DNA from: Candidatus Micrarchaeota archaeon | GTDB lineage: Archaea > Micrarchaeota > Micrarchaeia > Anstonellales > Bilamarchaeaceae | Assembly: GCA_040753215.1 (NCBI GenBank) | Contig: JBFMEZ010000025.1 | Span: 74,440 to 138,439 of the forward strand | Direction of reading: 5' to 3' | DNA: 64,000 nt | In this document: piece by piece, positions 1 through 9,891 of the stretch | Layout of the letters: the number at the start of each line of letters is the position of its first letter | Numbering within the stretch: position 1 is the stretch's first letter | Notes under the pieces: model-generated | Seen by the model: the letters and a program-made list of their open reading frames with translations, nothing else | The model's database searches: none | Told to the model about the DNA's origin: nothing | Made by a program: the position numbers and the translations under genes

Positions 1-336
1 CGTGGTGGGGTAGCGCGTGTGCGCAATCCCGGCGCTCCCGTTCATATCCATATCCTTCTCAGAGAATATGCGCGAGACCAGCCCAATCCCCCTCTTCTCC
101 TCCAGTTTTTTACCGTTGTAGACCGCCATGCCCGCGGCATCCTGGCCCCTGTGCTGGAGCGCGAGCATGCCGTTGTAAACGTAGTTAGCCACGGGCTTGC
201 CGGTTTTGGACAGCACGGCGACTATGCCGCAGCTCTCCCGTTTTCCGTTCCCGGTTTTCATATCTCTGCGGAGATAACTTGCAGAAACCTGCCGGTTTCC
301 GCAATCCGGTTTCCAGTGCGCCGGCTCGTTTTCCAT
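1..336 (-). CDS. purF: Amidophosphoribosyltransferase, N-terminal part (runs off window)
   Basis: Manual translation: ...RESCGIVAVLSK...MLALQHRGQDAAG...GIGLVSRIF...GIAHTRYPTT, the Ntn amidotransferase motifs CG, LQHRGQ and HTRY. Start at 336 (GTGAT upstream) or 261. Not in the ORF track. Confidence 0.9.
   Translation of the reverse strand, partial: MENEPAHWKPDCGNRQVSASYLRRDMKTGNGKRESCGIVAVLSKTGKPVANYVYNGMLALQHRGQDAAGMAVYNGKKLEEKRGIGLVSRIFSEKDMDMNGSAGIAHTRYPTT
261..304. repeat. Multi-hairpin repeat, partial copy in purF leader/propeptide
   Basis: TATCTC-TGCG-GAGATA and TTGCAGAAACC...GGTTTCCGCAA match hairpins 1 and 4 of the repeat at 8341-8460. Confidence 0.75.
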
Positions 337-386
337 ATCACATCTTTGCCGTTGATGTTTTAAAAACATCGTTTTGCCCTGCTGAA

Positions 387-404
387 TTGTAACCATGGTT
401 ACAA
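387..404. promoter_or_regulatory. Perfect 18-bp palindrome TTGTAACCATGGTTACAA
   Basis: Same 16-bp core recurs at 18286-18301; function unknown. Confidence 0.5.
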
Positions 405-443
405 ACCAGTTCTCAGTTTCCAGTTCCCTGTTTTCGAAACAGG

Positions 444-1631
444 CTAGAAAAACTCGCCCAGCCTTCTCTGCCTGAGGATTTTGCTCCTCTTCACATATTC
501 CGAAATCCCCTTCCTCAGCCGGCTTCCAGCGGAAGCCAGCGCCTCAGAGAGAGTAGAATATTTCCTCACGTTCAGCGTCGCATCCCTCACGTTCTCCCGT
601 ACCTGGAACACTCCAACAGGAATCTGGTACCCTTCATAAATTTCCCGTATGGAAACCACCCGCGCCTGCCTCCTTATCCTGTCCAAAAACTCCAGAACCC
701 CTATGCGCACAGCGTAATATCCGCCCGCCTGCGCGTCCGCATAAGCGGTCCTCCCCCCGAACGGCTCGTATTCCCCGCTCACCCGGAAATTATCGCTCCC
801 GGGCGTCCATATTGTCCCTGGCGCCCATGCCTCAAAGTTCTCAAATTCCCATTTTCCCGGCATCACAATTATCTCAAAATGATTGGATAGCGATTCATTG
901 CTCAGCACATAGAAATCCGGAACCTCCCCATACCCCCGAACCCTCTCCATCAGGTGCTTCCCGAGCATGTCATCCGTCGCAGTGATGCTCCACCGCGTGG
1001 GCACCATCTTCCTGTTCTCCTGCATCCCAAGAAGCCCTGCAGACAAAACCTTTGTGATATAATAGTTATCCAGCCCCGTCTCAAACATCTCCGTGGCAAT
1101 CTCCCTCGCCTTCGCCCTCTCATGCAGCAATTCATCCGCCTTCTTCGGCACCTTCGGGTTCTCGCAAAGCCTCACATCCTTCATCGTCCCTGAAGCCCCT
1201 ATGGGCTGCGCAACGGAAGAAAAAGTGGGGCTGAACACCGGCTCTTTCGAGAATCTCATCTCCACATCCACCGGCCGCACGCTCATCGCCACATCCTGCG
1301 TCTCTTCCGCCATCCTGCCTTCCGGCCTTATCCCCCCATACCTTTTCCCGCGTACAACATTCACCCTGTGCTCTATTATCTTCTCATAACCCATCTCATA
1401 CATTTCCCGCTCGCCCGCGTATTCTTTAAGTGGCAGCACCGGCCCCCAGGAAACCGAAGGATAGCCGAAGCTGCCCACAAAAACCTCCGCGCTTTCTCCG
1501 AAAATATCCTTCTTCCCCAGGCTCTCCTGCCCCCTTCTCATCGCGCCCAGTTTGCTGAGCAGCGGGCAGTAGTCCAGCCCACACATCTTCCTTGTGCCTT
1601 TGCAGATGTGGCAATAGTTGTCCGGTCTCAT
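444..1631 (-). CDS. nreA: Nre-family DNA repair protein
   Basis: N-terminal CxxCKG...CG..CP, VPTRWSITATDD, GGYYA, C-terminal PIP box QRRLGEFF. Confidence 0.9.
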   Translation of the reverse strand: MRPDNYCHICKGTRKMCGLDYCPLLSKLGAMRRGQESLGKKDIFGESAEVFVGSFGYPSVSWGPVLPLKEYAGEREMYEMGYEKIIEHRVNVVRGKRYGGIRPEGRMAEETQDVAMSVRPVDVEMRFSKEPVFSPTFSSVAQPIGASGTMKDVRLCENPKVPKKADELLHERAKAREIATEMFETGLDNYYITKVLSAGLLGMQENRKMVPTRWSITATDDMLGKHLMERVRGYGEVPDFYVLSNESLSNHFEIIVMPGKWEFENFEAWAPGTIWTPGSDNFRVSGEYEPFGGRTAYADAQAGGYYAVRIGVLEFLDRIRRQARVVSIREIYEGYQIPVGVFQVRENVRDATLNVRKYSTLSEALASAGSRLRKGISEYVKRSKILRQRRLGEFF

Positions 1632-1804
1632 GTAGTTCTCGGTCTCCGGTTTCCAGTTTCCAGCCCGGGTAGCATACTGTTTATTCCGTTTGCCTTCTAA
1701 TAAACCTTCGCACGCCTCAGCCCGGTTTTCCCTGCATACATTCCTTACGCCGTCGGCTCCCAGATAGGTTTATATAACATTTCCGAGTAAATATAGAAGT
1801 GGTA

Positions 1805-2533
1805 ATGATGGCGCATAAAGCCAGACGTCATTCTAAAGAAAAAAAGAGGCCGAGCGCAAGGAAGCCCTCCCGTGCGGCAAAGCGCGCTAAGGCAAAGCCC
1901 AGCCGCAAGGCCGTGCGTAAGCGCCTGCCCCACGTAAAATCCTGGCCGAAGTCCATGGTTAAGCTCAGGCCAAAATCCGCACAAAAAACAAAAAAGGCCG
2001 CGGAGGCCCCCGCAAGGAAGGAGGCGCCGCCAAAGCCGAACACGGAGCTCCTCACACTACTCGGAGATGCGCGCATCCGCCAGCTTCTCGTGGATGCGGG
2101 CGGCGAGCACACTCTGGAGATAGTAAAATCCTTCTCAAAGGAGCTGAGCGACGATGACCTCGCCAAGAAGCTCAAGATAAAGATAAGCGATGTCCGCGCC
2201 ACGCTAAACCGGCTCCACAACATAGGGGTTGTCCAGTACAACCGCTACAAGGATGCGGAGACGGGCTGGTTCTCCTATTTCTGGTCCCTCAACATGGATA
2301 AGACAAAGGGATGGGTGGAGGAGCAGCTCATGAAGGATTCCGCGCCCGGCGACATCTCCAGCTCGGAATACTATTTCTGCCCCAAGTGCGGCTCAGAGAG
2401 CATCTATGAGTTCGCAGCCGCTTCTGACTACTCCTTCAGGTGCCCGCTCTGCAACCGCGCCCTTGAATTCGTGGACGAGGATGCAGCGAAGGATTTGTTC
2501 CCAAGGGGCCCGAGGCGCCCGTCCACCCCGTAA
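1805..2533 (+). CDS. tfe: Transcription factor E (TFIIE alpha) with long basic N-terminal extension
   Basis: Winged helix DDDLAKKL...VRATLNRLH...RYKDAETGWFSYFW plus zinc ribbon YFCPKC...FRCPLC. Confidence 0.9.
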   Translation: MMAHKARRHSKEKKRPSARKPSRAAKRAKAKPSRKAVRKRLPHVKSWPKSMVKLRPKSAQKTKKAAEAPARKEAPPKPNTELLTLLGDARIRQLLVDAGGEHTLEIVKSFSKELSDDDLAKKLKIKISDVRATLNRLHNIGVVQYNRYKDAETGWFSYFWSLNMDKTKGWVEEQLMKDSAPGDISSSEYYFCPKCGSESIYEFAAASDYSFRCPLCNRALEFVDEDAAKDLFPRGPRRPSTP

Positions 2534-2600
2534 TCGGTTCTCTGTCTCCGGTTCCCAGTTTCCCCGCACGCTTTTATCCCTTTCCTCCTAATCCATAGCC

Positions 2601-3005
2601 ATGGGGAAGGAAAAGCATGAGAAGCGCATACAGGAGATTAACGCCTACTTAGTCCCATCCTTCCAGGGCAAGTTCCTTATCCTACGCAGGAGGGGCTCCA
2701 GCATCTGGGAATTCCCCGGAGGCGGCGTGGACTGGGGCGAGGACCCTTATGCAGCAGCCATACGCGAATGCAGGGAAGAGATAGGGCTCGCGCCCCACTC
2801 CGTAAAATTAGTAGGGATAACCTCCGCCACTTATGAGAAAGATGGAACCGAAAAGCACTCCATCTACATCGTCTATAAGGGAGAAATAAGCTCGGACAAA
2901 TACGAATTAGGATTAGAGCATGAGGAGGGAAGGTGGGTTTCCCTCACCGAATTACAGTTCATGCACCTCGGGCTGAATGCGCAGGACGTGCCCCAAATGC
3001 TTTAA
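2601..3005 (+). CDS. NUDIX hydrolase
   Basis: Nudix box WEFPGGGVDWGEDPYAAAIRECREEIG. Confidence 0.9.
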   Translation: MGKEKHEKRIQEINAYLVPSFQGKFLILRRRGSSIWEFPGGGVDWGEDPYAAAIRECREEIGLAPHSVKLVGITSATYEKDGTEKHSIYIVYKGEISSDKYELGLEHEEGRWVSLTELQFMHLGLNAQDVPQML

Positions 3006-3769
3006 TCAGTTTTCGGTTCCCTATTTCCAGTTCCGCCCGTTCCCTTCCTCTTCTTCAGGAAAAATATGTACTTCTCCGCCCTCTCCAATCTGCCCTTCAG
3101 CCTTCTCACTTCCGCATCCCTCGCCACCTCCCCAACCCGCGCACTCCTTGCCCTTCTCAGCTCCGCCTCCAGCCCGTCCGCCCTCGCCTTCTCGTATTCC
3201 AGCGCCTTTCTAAGATTTGCATTCTCCTCCGCCAGTCTTGCAACCCGTTCGTCCCTCCTGCCCGATGCCCCCTCTCTTTTCACTTCCTTCTCTTCTTCCG
3301 CCACCCTCTTCTCCTCCTTTCTCGTCAGCATCAGTTCCGCATTGTGCAGAGAATACCCCTGCACAACCATATGCTTCAATAAATCCCTGTCCAGCGCAGT
3401 ATCCATCCCCTCAATCTGCCTCAGCCGGTTCTCATACGCGTGGTAGGCCTTCATCGCGCCTGCGTATGCATCCCTTATGTGCACATCATCAATGAACCTG
3501 CCCATTTCCTTCTTCTCCTCCTGCGTGAGGCTCCGCTCAGGATAAGACAACCGTACATTGAACCTTGCAGCCACCTTCTGCACAAAGCTGGGAGGCGGAT
3601 TCACATCGCTCGCAATCAGGGAAGGAACGCCCACCTTCCTTATGATTTCCACAACCCTCTCGTCGCTTGCCTCCTTCTCGCATCCAGAGGCAACAAGCTC
3701 GCCTTTCAAATTGAGTGCCGCAAAAGCCGTATACACGCCCGGGTCAATGCCAACAATGAGGTGTTGTAT
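3002..3769 (-). CDS. DUF460-family RNase H-fold protein with coiled-coil tail
   Basis: LIVGIDPG upstream of the tracked GTG, IASDVNPPP, HIRDAYA; start codon uncertain (ATA at 3769 proposed). Confidence 0.75.
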   Translation of the reverse strand: MQHLIVGIDPGVYTAFAALNLKGELVASGCEKEASDERVVEIIRKVGVPSLIASDVNPPPSFVQKVAARFNVRLSYPERSLTQEEKKEMGRFIDDVHIRDAYAGAMKAYHAYENRLRQIEGMDTALDRDLLKHMVVQGYSLHNAELMLTRKEEKRVAEEEKEVKREGASGRRDERVARLAEENANLRKALEYEKARADGLEAELRRARSARVGEVARDAEVRRLKGRLERAEKYIFFLKKRKGTGGTGNREPKTD

Positions 3770-3781
3770 CCAATCCCCTTC

Positions 3782-4999
3782 CTATCCAGTTATAACGTAA
3801 TCCTGCTTCAAAAGGACCTTCTGCCCAGGGCGGAGGTTCCTCGTAACCGTAACCCCGCTCCCAACCCAGCAATCATTTCCAATAAGCTTTCCAGGCATCG
3901 TGCAACTAAGAACCCCGAACTTCACATTATCCCCAATCAGCGCCCCAAGCTTCTTCCTCCCGGAATTCACCCACCCCTTCTCCACAAGCACGACCACATT
4001 GCTAGCGTCAAACCTGTAATTTGCAACCTGTGTCCCCGAACCGAAATTAACCCCCTGCCCGACCACGCTATCCCCAATATACGATAAATGCTTCGCCTTC
4101 ACATCATCAAATAGAATACTGTTCTTCACCGTAGTGGATTCACCAATCTCGCAGTTCTTCCCAATTGAATTGAACCCTCTCAAAAGTGCATGAGGCCCAA
4201 TCCTGGTTCCGGCCCCGATATACGAAGCCCCCTCCACAAAGCTATCCACGACCTCCGCCCCCTCCTCCATTATCAGCTTCCCCTTCACAGTGGAATTCTC
4301 GACAGTCCCTGCGTTTGCCTCCATCTTATCCAAAAGATACTGATTCAAATCGAAAAGGTGCCACGGATACCCCACGTCCATCCAGAACTCCTCCGTCTCC
4401 ACCACGTGCGCGCCCTTCAGCACATCCGTAATCTCATACTCCCCCCGCGGTGAGGGCGCGAGTGCCCTGATCTCATCAAAAATCTTCTTATTGAACGCAT
4501 AAACAGAGATGTTCGCAAGGTTTCCCTTCGGGTGCTCCGGCTTCTCCTCCATGCCCACGAGCACCCCATCCTTCACTTCCGCAATCCCGTACCTCTGCGG
4601 CTCATCCACTTTTTTGAGCGCAACCGTCTTCTTCCCGTCATATTTCTCAATCACGTCCCTGTAAATCTCCGGGCTGCACACATTGTCCGCAGCCACCACC
4701 AGAAACTCCTCCACCGCCTTCTCCCTCGCATCATAAATCGCGGCAGCAGTCCCGTGCCTTTCCCCCTGCACCGCAAACTCAATCGCCATCCCCAAATTTT
4801 CTTCCTTCAAGTAATCGATAATCTGCTCCTTCCTGTACTTCACCACCACTACCGCTTCCTTCACCCCCGCATTCTTCAGATTGGACAGCACATTCCACAC
4901 AAGCGGCTTCCCGGCCACCTGCAGCATCGCCTTTGGCCGCGTATAGGTAAGGGGGCGCATCCGTTCGCCTTCCCCGCCCGCCAAAACGATTGCTTTCAA
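3782..4999 (-). CDS. glmU: Bifunctional sugar-1-phosphate nucleotidyltransferase/acetyltransferase (archaeal GlmU type)
   Basis: LAGGEGERMRPLTYTRPK, EEKP, hexapeptide repeats, HLSYIGDS; next to a phosphohexomutase. Confidence 0.85.
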   Translation of the reverse strand: MKAIVLAGGEGERMRPLTYTRPKAMLQVAGKPLVWNVLSNLKNAGVKEAVVVVKYRKEQIIDYLKEENLGMAIEFAVQGERHGTAAAIYDAREKAVEEFLVVAADNVCSPEIYRDVIEKYDGKKTVALKKVDEPQRYGIAEVKDGVLVGMEEKPEHPKGNLANISVYAFNKKIFDEIRALAPSPRGEYEITDVLKGAHVVETEEFWMDVGYPWHLFDLNQYLLDKMEANAGTVENSTVKGKLIMEEGAEVVDSFVEGASYIGAGTRIGPHALLRGFNSIGKNCEIGESTTVKNSILFDDVKAKHLSYIGDSVVGQGVNFGSGTQVANYRFDASNVVVLVEKGWVNSGRKKLGALIGDNVKFGVLSCTMPGKLIGNDCWVGSGVTVTRNLRPGQKVLLKQDYVITG

Positions 5000-5064
5000 G
5001 TTTCCACCCGATTTACTCTCTGCGCAAGAGAATAAGAAATTAACTAACGCCTACACACTAACGC

Positions 5065-6402
5065 CTAAACAGCCTTCCTTATTATTTCCCTCGCCTTCCC
5101 CGCAACCTTGTCCAGCAATTCCTTATTCTTCGCTTCGGCCGTCAGTCTGATTATGCTTTCAGTTCCGGAAGGCCTAACAAGAACCCAATACCCTTCTCCA
5201 TCTATCCGTATCCCGTCCCCGGTTTCCAGTTTCCAGTTGCCGGTTTCCCGTTTCCAGCCTGATTCAAGCTCCGGCATTATCCTTTCCATCGCCTTTTTCC
5301 TGTCCGCAGTCTTATACTTCTCCCTGACCATTGGATTGGGTTTAAACCGGGCCGCAAGCGCACTGAATTTCCCTTTCTCACAGAACATCTCCACAAACTT
5401 CGCGGCAGCCATTACCCCATCAGGCACAAGCACTCCCCCCCTAAAGATGTACTCCCCAGCCGGCTCACCGCCAAAGACCCCCTCGCTCTTCACCATCTCC
5501 TCGCTCACATGCACGCTCCCCACAGAAGTCAAAACAAACTCCACCCCATTCTTCTCAACCGTCTCCTTCACAATGAGCGAGCTCTCCACCGTGCTCACCA
5601 CCTTCCCCTTCTTCTTTGCCAGCTCTTCCTCAATCATAAGCGCAAGTTGCACATCCGCATTCAAAAGCTCCCCTCTCTCATCCACAACTGCGCACCTGTC
5701 CGCATCCCCATCATGCGCAATGCCCAAATCCGCCCCGCATGCCCGTACCGCAGCAGAAAGCCAGGGCAGATTCTCCTTATTCGGCTCAGAAGGCCGGTTG
5801 AACCCCCTGGTTTCGCAGTTCAAGGATACAACCCTGCACCCCAGCTCCCTAAGAAGATAGGGCGTAACCACCGCCCCTGCCCCATTGCAGTCCACAACAA
5901 CCTTCGGCTTCTTCTTCGCAATCAGTTTCGCATCCACATTCCTCTTCACAAGTTCAACATATTCAGGAATTACATCCTCAACCCTCCTTCCCCCTGGAAA
6001 AGCCCCGTATTCCATCCCCTTTTCATATCTTTCCAGAACCCGCTTCTCTTCGTTTCTGCTTATCTCCCGCCCTTTTCTCATGAATTTCAAGCCATTATAC
6101 TCGGCCGGATTATGGGAAGCCGTAACCATCATCCCCCCGCACCCGAATTTCATGCTCGCAAAAGCCACTAAAGGAGTAGGCACAATCCCCAGCCCGATCC
6201 CATCATGCCCCGAACCCAAAACCCCACTCATGGCCGCAAAAGCCAGCGGAACCCCGCTCTCCCGCGTATCCCTTCCTATGCAGACATCTGATTCGGCAAA
6301 TGCATTTGCCATCCTTAACGCTAACTCAGGCGTAATCTCCTTTCCATAGATTCCCCTTATCCCCGAAGTCCCAAACATCGGTTTCCTATTCCCCAAAAGC
6401 AA
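5065..6402 (-). CDS. glmM: Phosphoglucosamine mutase / phosphohexomutase
   Basis: FGTSGIRG, TASHNP, DGDADR, RPSGTE. Confidence 0.85.
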   Translation of the reverse strand: MLLGNRKPMFGTSGIRGIYGKEITPELALRMANAFAESDVCIGRDTRESGVPLAFAAMSGVLGSGHDGIGLGIVPTPLVAFASMKFGCGGMMVTASHNPAEYNGLKFMRKGREISRNEEKRVLERYEKGMEYGAFPGGRRVEDVIPEYVELVKRNVDAKLIAKKKPKVVVDCNGAGAVVTPYLLRELGCRVVSLNCETRGFNRPSEPNKENLPWLSAAVRACGADLGIAHDGDADRCAVVDERGELLNADVQLALMIEEELAKKKGKVVSTVESSLIVKETVEKNGVEFVLTSVGSVHVSEEMVKSEGVFGGEPAGEYIFRGGVLVPDGVMAAAKFVEMFCEKGKFSALAARFKPNPMVREKYKTADRKKAMERIMPELESGWKRETGNWKLETGDGIRIDGEGYWVLVRPSGTESIIRLTAEAKNKELLDKVAGKAREIIRKAV

Positions 6403-6475
6403 ATATAAAGATAAGTTTGTGCATTTTGGTGTTTAAAAGTGTCTTTTAAAACCCTTCGCAACCCTATATTATTGA

Positions 6476-8341
6476 ATGGCAGGCCAGAACGGAGATTCAA
6501 AAGCCCCACGGCAGGCAGTGGTTCCCCCAGAGCCGGGGCCGCCGGCCAGGAGGCTCGAATCCCGTGTCCCCACGCTCCCGCCCCAGGCTCCAGCACAGCC
6601 CAAGCCCCTGGTCGCAGGAATAGACAGGGCAGCAGGAATAAAGCCCTCTCAATCAACGGTTCCAGGGAGAACGCGGCCAAGGATTACCCGCATTTCCGAG
6701 TATCTCGCCGAGCTTAGGAGGATGGAAATGGCGCAGTCCCCCCCGCCCGCCGCGAGATTTGACAGGGACACGTACGAATTCATGCAGGGGTTGCGCGGAA
6801 AGGTTCAGGAGAGAAGGGAGCCGATGGACTGGTCCGGCATAGGCTGCGTAAAAGAAGCGCCTGCCCCGCATTCGCTCGTGGATACGCTCACAAACGGTTT
6901 CCCGGCAGCCGCGGAAGTGCCGGCCGGGGCTCCGCCAGGCACCGACGGGCTGCTTTCAAAGGAGCTGTGGGTTGAAGCCGGCCTCCCGCGCCTGCGCAAG
7001 AAGAAGCCGGCATCCATTGATGAGCCCCCTGACATCAAGAAGCGCCTTGACCAGTGGTGCCTTTCGCTTGACCATCCCGCAAAGGAGGTCCTGCTCAATT
7101 CCCTCATAGAGGACGCGGTCTCCGAATTCTCGGCCCTGAAGCGCGCGTCAAAGGGCCTGGTGACCGTCTGCTCCGGAGGAAGGCCCGACTACCTTCTCGA
7201 AGCCGAGGTCGGCGCACCGGTCGGCAACATCTCAGCCCAGTTCCTCAGGAAAATGAACACAATGAGAAAGCATGGCATTCTCCCGGAAGCGGACGCAAAG
7301 GCGCTGGTTGAGCAGCTCGTCCGCTTCGTCTTCCACAATCCCGGCCCGGTGGAGGGCCCCGGCATAACAGAGGCCGGCATGAGGAACGGCTTCTTCCGCG
7401 CTGTCACATGGTGCATATGCACGTGCACGAACCCCTCCCTGTTCCAGGAATTCTTCTCGAAGAACAACATACTGCTCATAGATGCGGTCGGGATAGCGGC
7501 AGGCCTCAATTCAGACGAGGCCAGGGCAGTTATGGGCGATGCGGGCGTTCGCTCCGCGCTTTACAGGCTCCTGAAAAAGAGGTGGGTGGCCACAGGTTTC
7601 GAGCACCTCAAGGAGACGCTAAGGGCGGACAGCGCCAGGGGGTTGCTCGACCCAAGGGCTGCGTTCCACTTCACCACGGTCCTTTTCAGGGAGGCCGGCG
7701 AATACCAGCGCATCGTACAGTCCTACTCCATACTCGCAAGGAACATGAGCAACCTTAAGGTAGTATCCCCCTCGCGCGGCATTCTTTACCTAAGCGAGAG
7801 GGAGTTCATCGCCTGCCTCAGGTCTAGGGGAAACCTGCAGCCCAGGCTCAGGGCCGGGATAGACAGGATGCACGAGTTCATAGCCGGGCTTTTCGCAGGC
7901 AGGGCAAAGGGTTCTGGCCAGGAGGAACACCAGTATGCGGTGGGCAGGAGCCCGGCGGAGATATCCGGGATATTCAACACGGTCCTTGAGGGGCTGGATT
8001 TTTTCATCGGAGACCCCAAGATGCGCAGGATGGCCCTGGAGGCGATACAGCACTATGGGATAGGGGGCGGGGAGGGCCAGCCGGCTTCCTTCAAGAAGAT
8101 ATTCGCGCTCTGCCTCTTCACGCGCTACAGGGACGTGCAGGATTACGGCAGGCTCTTCAGGCTGCTCTTCGACTATTCTGACCCAATAGTCTCGGACCTG
8201 GCCCTGGACCATGCCGCGTGGCTTCTGGCGCAGGAGGCAAACTTCATCCTGCTGCGCGAGGAAAAGCCGCGGGAGTCCGCCGCCACCCTAAGCCCGGAGG
8301 ACCTCGCGCAGATACTCGCGGAAGGGGATTCCCCGTTCTGA
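6476..8341 (+). CDS. Hypothetical protein, 621 aa, Pro-rich N-terminus
   Basis: Long ORF with TATA-like TTTTAAAA about 25 nt upstream; no motif recognised. Confidence 0.7.
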   Translation: MAGQNGDSKAPRQAVVPPEPGPPARRLESRVPTLPPQAPAQPKPLVAGIDRAAGIKPSQSTVPGRTRPRITRISEYLAELRRMEMAQSPPPAARFDRDTYEFMQGLRGKVQERREPMDWSGIGCVKEAPAPHSLVDTLTNGFPAAAEVPAGAPPGTDGLLSKELWVEAGLPRLRKKKPASIDEPPDIKKRLDQWCLSLDHPAKEVLLNSLIEDAVSEFSALKRASKGLVTVCSGGRPDYLLEAEVGAPVGNISAQFLRKMNTMRKHGILPEADAKALVEQLVRFVFHNPGPVEGPGITEAGMRNGFFRAVTWCICTCTNPSLFQEFFSKNNILLIDAVGIAAGLNSDEARAVMGDAGVRSALYRLLKKRWVATGFEHLKETLRADSARGLLDPRAAFHFTTVLFREAGEYQRIVQSYSILARNMSNLKVVSPSRGILYLSEREFIACLRSRGNLQPRLRAGIDRMHEFIAGLFAGRAKGSGQEEHQYAVGRSPAEISGIFNTVLEGLDFFIGDPKMRRMALEAIQHYGIGGGEGQPASFKKIFALCLFTRYRDVQDYGRLFRLLFDYSDPIVSDLALDHAAWLLAQEANFILLREEKPRESAATLSPEDLAQILAEGDSPF

Positions 8342-8460
8342 GTTTCCAGTTTCCGTGTCTCTGCGGAGACAACTCCATGTTGCTTCGGCAACAACTGGCG
8401 AAGTTCTGCGGAACTTCACCATGGCAGAAACCCGCGGGTTTCCGCCATCGGGTTTCCAGT
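8341..8460. repeat. Four-hairpin repeat flanked by GTTTCCR heptamers
   Basis: GTCTC-TGCG-GAGAC, TGTTGC-TTCG-GCAACA, GAAGTTC-TGCG-GAACTTC, ATGGCAGAAACCC..GGGTTTCCGCCAT; near-identical at 40795-40910 and 59437-59570. Confidence 0.9.
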
Positions 8461-9446
8461 CATCTTTCTACGGTCGCGTTGTACCTCATCCCGTTCCAGA
8501 CTATCTTCACGTCCTCCCCTAGATAGTTCTCAATCACCGTTATGTTCCTCACGGTACCCAGGACCGCTGCGTTCTTCAGCGACTGCCTTGAATTTGTCCA
8601 GTCGGTTGCGCTCCCGCTTATCACAATCAGCTCCGGCTTCGTCTGGTCCATCATCCAGTTTATCTCAGTCAGCCCCGCGCCCATGCCGTGGTTCGGCCAC
8701 TGCACTATCTGGCACGGCCCGCTGAGCTGCGCGACCCTCTGCTGCGAGCCCAGTATGTCGCCCGTGAGCAGCACGCACAGCCCGCGGTCTTCAACCTTAA
8801 GGACAATCCCGTCATTATTCACGTCAAAGAACCTGTCCTCCCCCTTTATCGGGTTGAGCACGGTTATGTTTATCCCGTTCAGCACCGCACGGTCCCCTTC
8901 GCCAACAATCTTCAGGCTCTCTTCCCCAAGGTTCGCCAGGTAGGCGGCGTATTCCTGGCCCCCCTCCTCCGGCCTCCACACCTCCCCGAACCTGAACCTG
9001 TTGGACACGTACTCCAGCCCCCCATAGTGCTCAGGGTCATCGTGGGTTGAAACCACAAGCTCAAAATCGTCCACGCCCTTCTCCAGCAGCATGTTCACGA
9101 GTTTCTGCTGGCTTACAGAAGGCCCCCCGTCCACGAGTATGTCCGTGTCCCCTTTCTTTATGAGGACCGCATCCCCCTGCGTGTCCCCGGAGCCCACGTT
9201 GAAGAAATACACGTACAAATCCGTATTCGGCGTGCTCACGTACTCCGTGGCGCTCGCCTGCGGCGGGGTTGCGTTGCCCTGCGTGACCACAGTCCCCTCG
9301 CCCTCCCTTATCACAAGATAGCCGCCGGAAGCGTTTCCGGTTTCCGGTGTCCTGTTTCCGGTTTCCTGTTCTCCGGCAGGCGGCTGTCCGCCGCCGATGC
9401 AGCCCAAAACAAGCAAAAGAACCAGCCCGAATGCGATCCACTTCAT
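8460..9446 (-). CDS. ComEC/Rec2-like metallo-beta-lactamase-fold lipoprotein
   Basis: Lipobox-like LVLGC, FFNVG..QGDAVLI, LVDGG, STHDDPEHYGG, LLTGD. Confidence 0.8.
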   Translation of the reverse strand: MKWIAFGLVLLLVLGCIGGGQPPAGEQETGNRTPETGNASGGYLVIREGEGTVVTQGNATPPQASATEYVSTPNTDLYVYFFNVGSGDTQGDAVLIKKGDTDILVDGGPSVSQQKLVNMLLEKGVDDFELVVSTHDDPEHYGGLEYVSNRFRFGEVWRPEEGGQEYAAYLANLGEESLKIVGEGDRAVLNGINITVLNPIKGEDRFFDVNNDGIVLKVEDRGLCVLLTGDILGSQQRVAQLSGPCQIVQWPNHGMGAGLTEINWMMDQTKPELIVISGSATDWTNSRQSLKNAAVLGTVRNITVIENYLGEDVKIVWNGMRYNATVER

Positions 9447-9564
9447 ATTCTACACCAACAACCTCTTGGGTAATTCTTTTTATAAACATGCGCCGAATCC
9501 GTCCGGAATAATGCGGCAGAGAATAACACAACGGGCTTAAAACTCCCGCATCACCAGACTCCAC

Positions 9565-9861
9565 ATGGTTTCCAGACTTAGTTTCAGGTCAGAGGCAGAG
9601 CTAGGCAGGTATGTGGAACAGTAGCAGGGCAAGCTGGTCCCTGGTCGAAACGGCTTCAGGAAGATACTCGACCCCGAGGGCATGATAAGGGCCAACGTAA
9701 TACAGAATACGGACGGCTCCATCAGCGGGACCCAGTTTGCGACCCCGTTCCACACCCGGCGGGCATACGAAGAGAGAAAGGGCCATATCGGCCAGCCGGT
9801 GGAAAGGAGGGCTGGAGGGCTGCGCAGCGGATTCTGGCCGCAGGAGTGCATGCTGGATTAG
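9565..9861 (+). pseudogene. 99-codon frame with one internal TAG
   Basis: ATG 9565 about 23 nt after CTTAAAA; TAG at 9622-9624; frame continues open to TAG 9859-9861. Confidence 0.45.
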
Positions 9862-9891
9862 AAGTTTCCGGTTTCCAGTTTTTTCTTATTC

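Noticed and set aside
19..363. 114-aa plus-strand ORF
   Set aside because: Antisense shadow of purF, which carries the catalytic motifs
1730..1780. CCTTACGC motif near a TATA box, resembling the scaffold 5' block
   Set aside because: Only about 9 matching bases and no other scaffold block
9537..9865. Possible RNase P or SRP RNA in a gene-free gap
   Set aside because: No GAGGAAAGTCC-type P4 motif or SRP helix 8 motif found; a broken ORF explains it better
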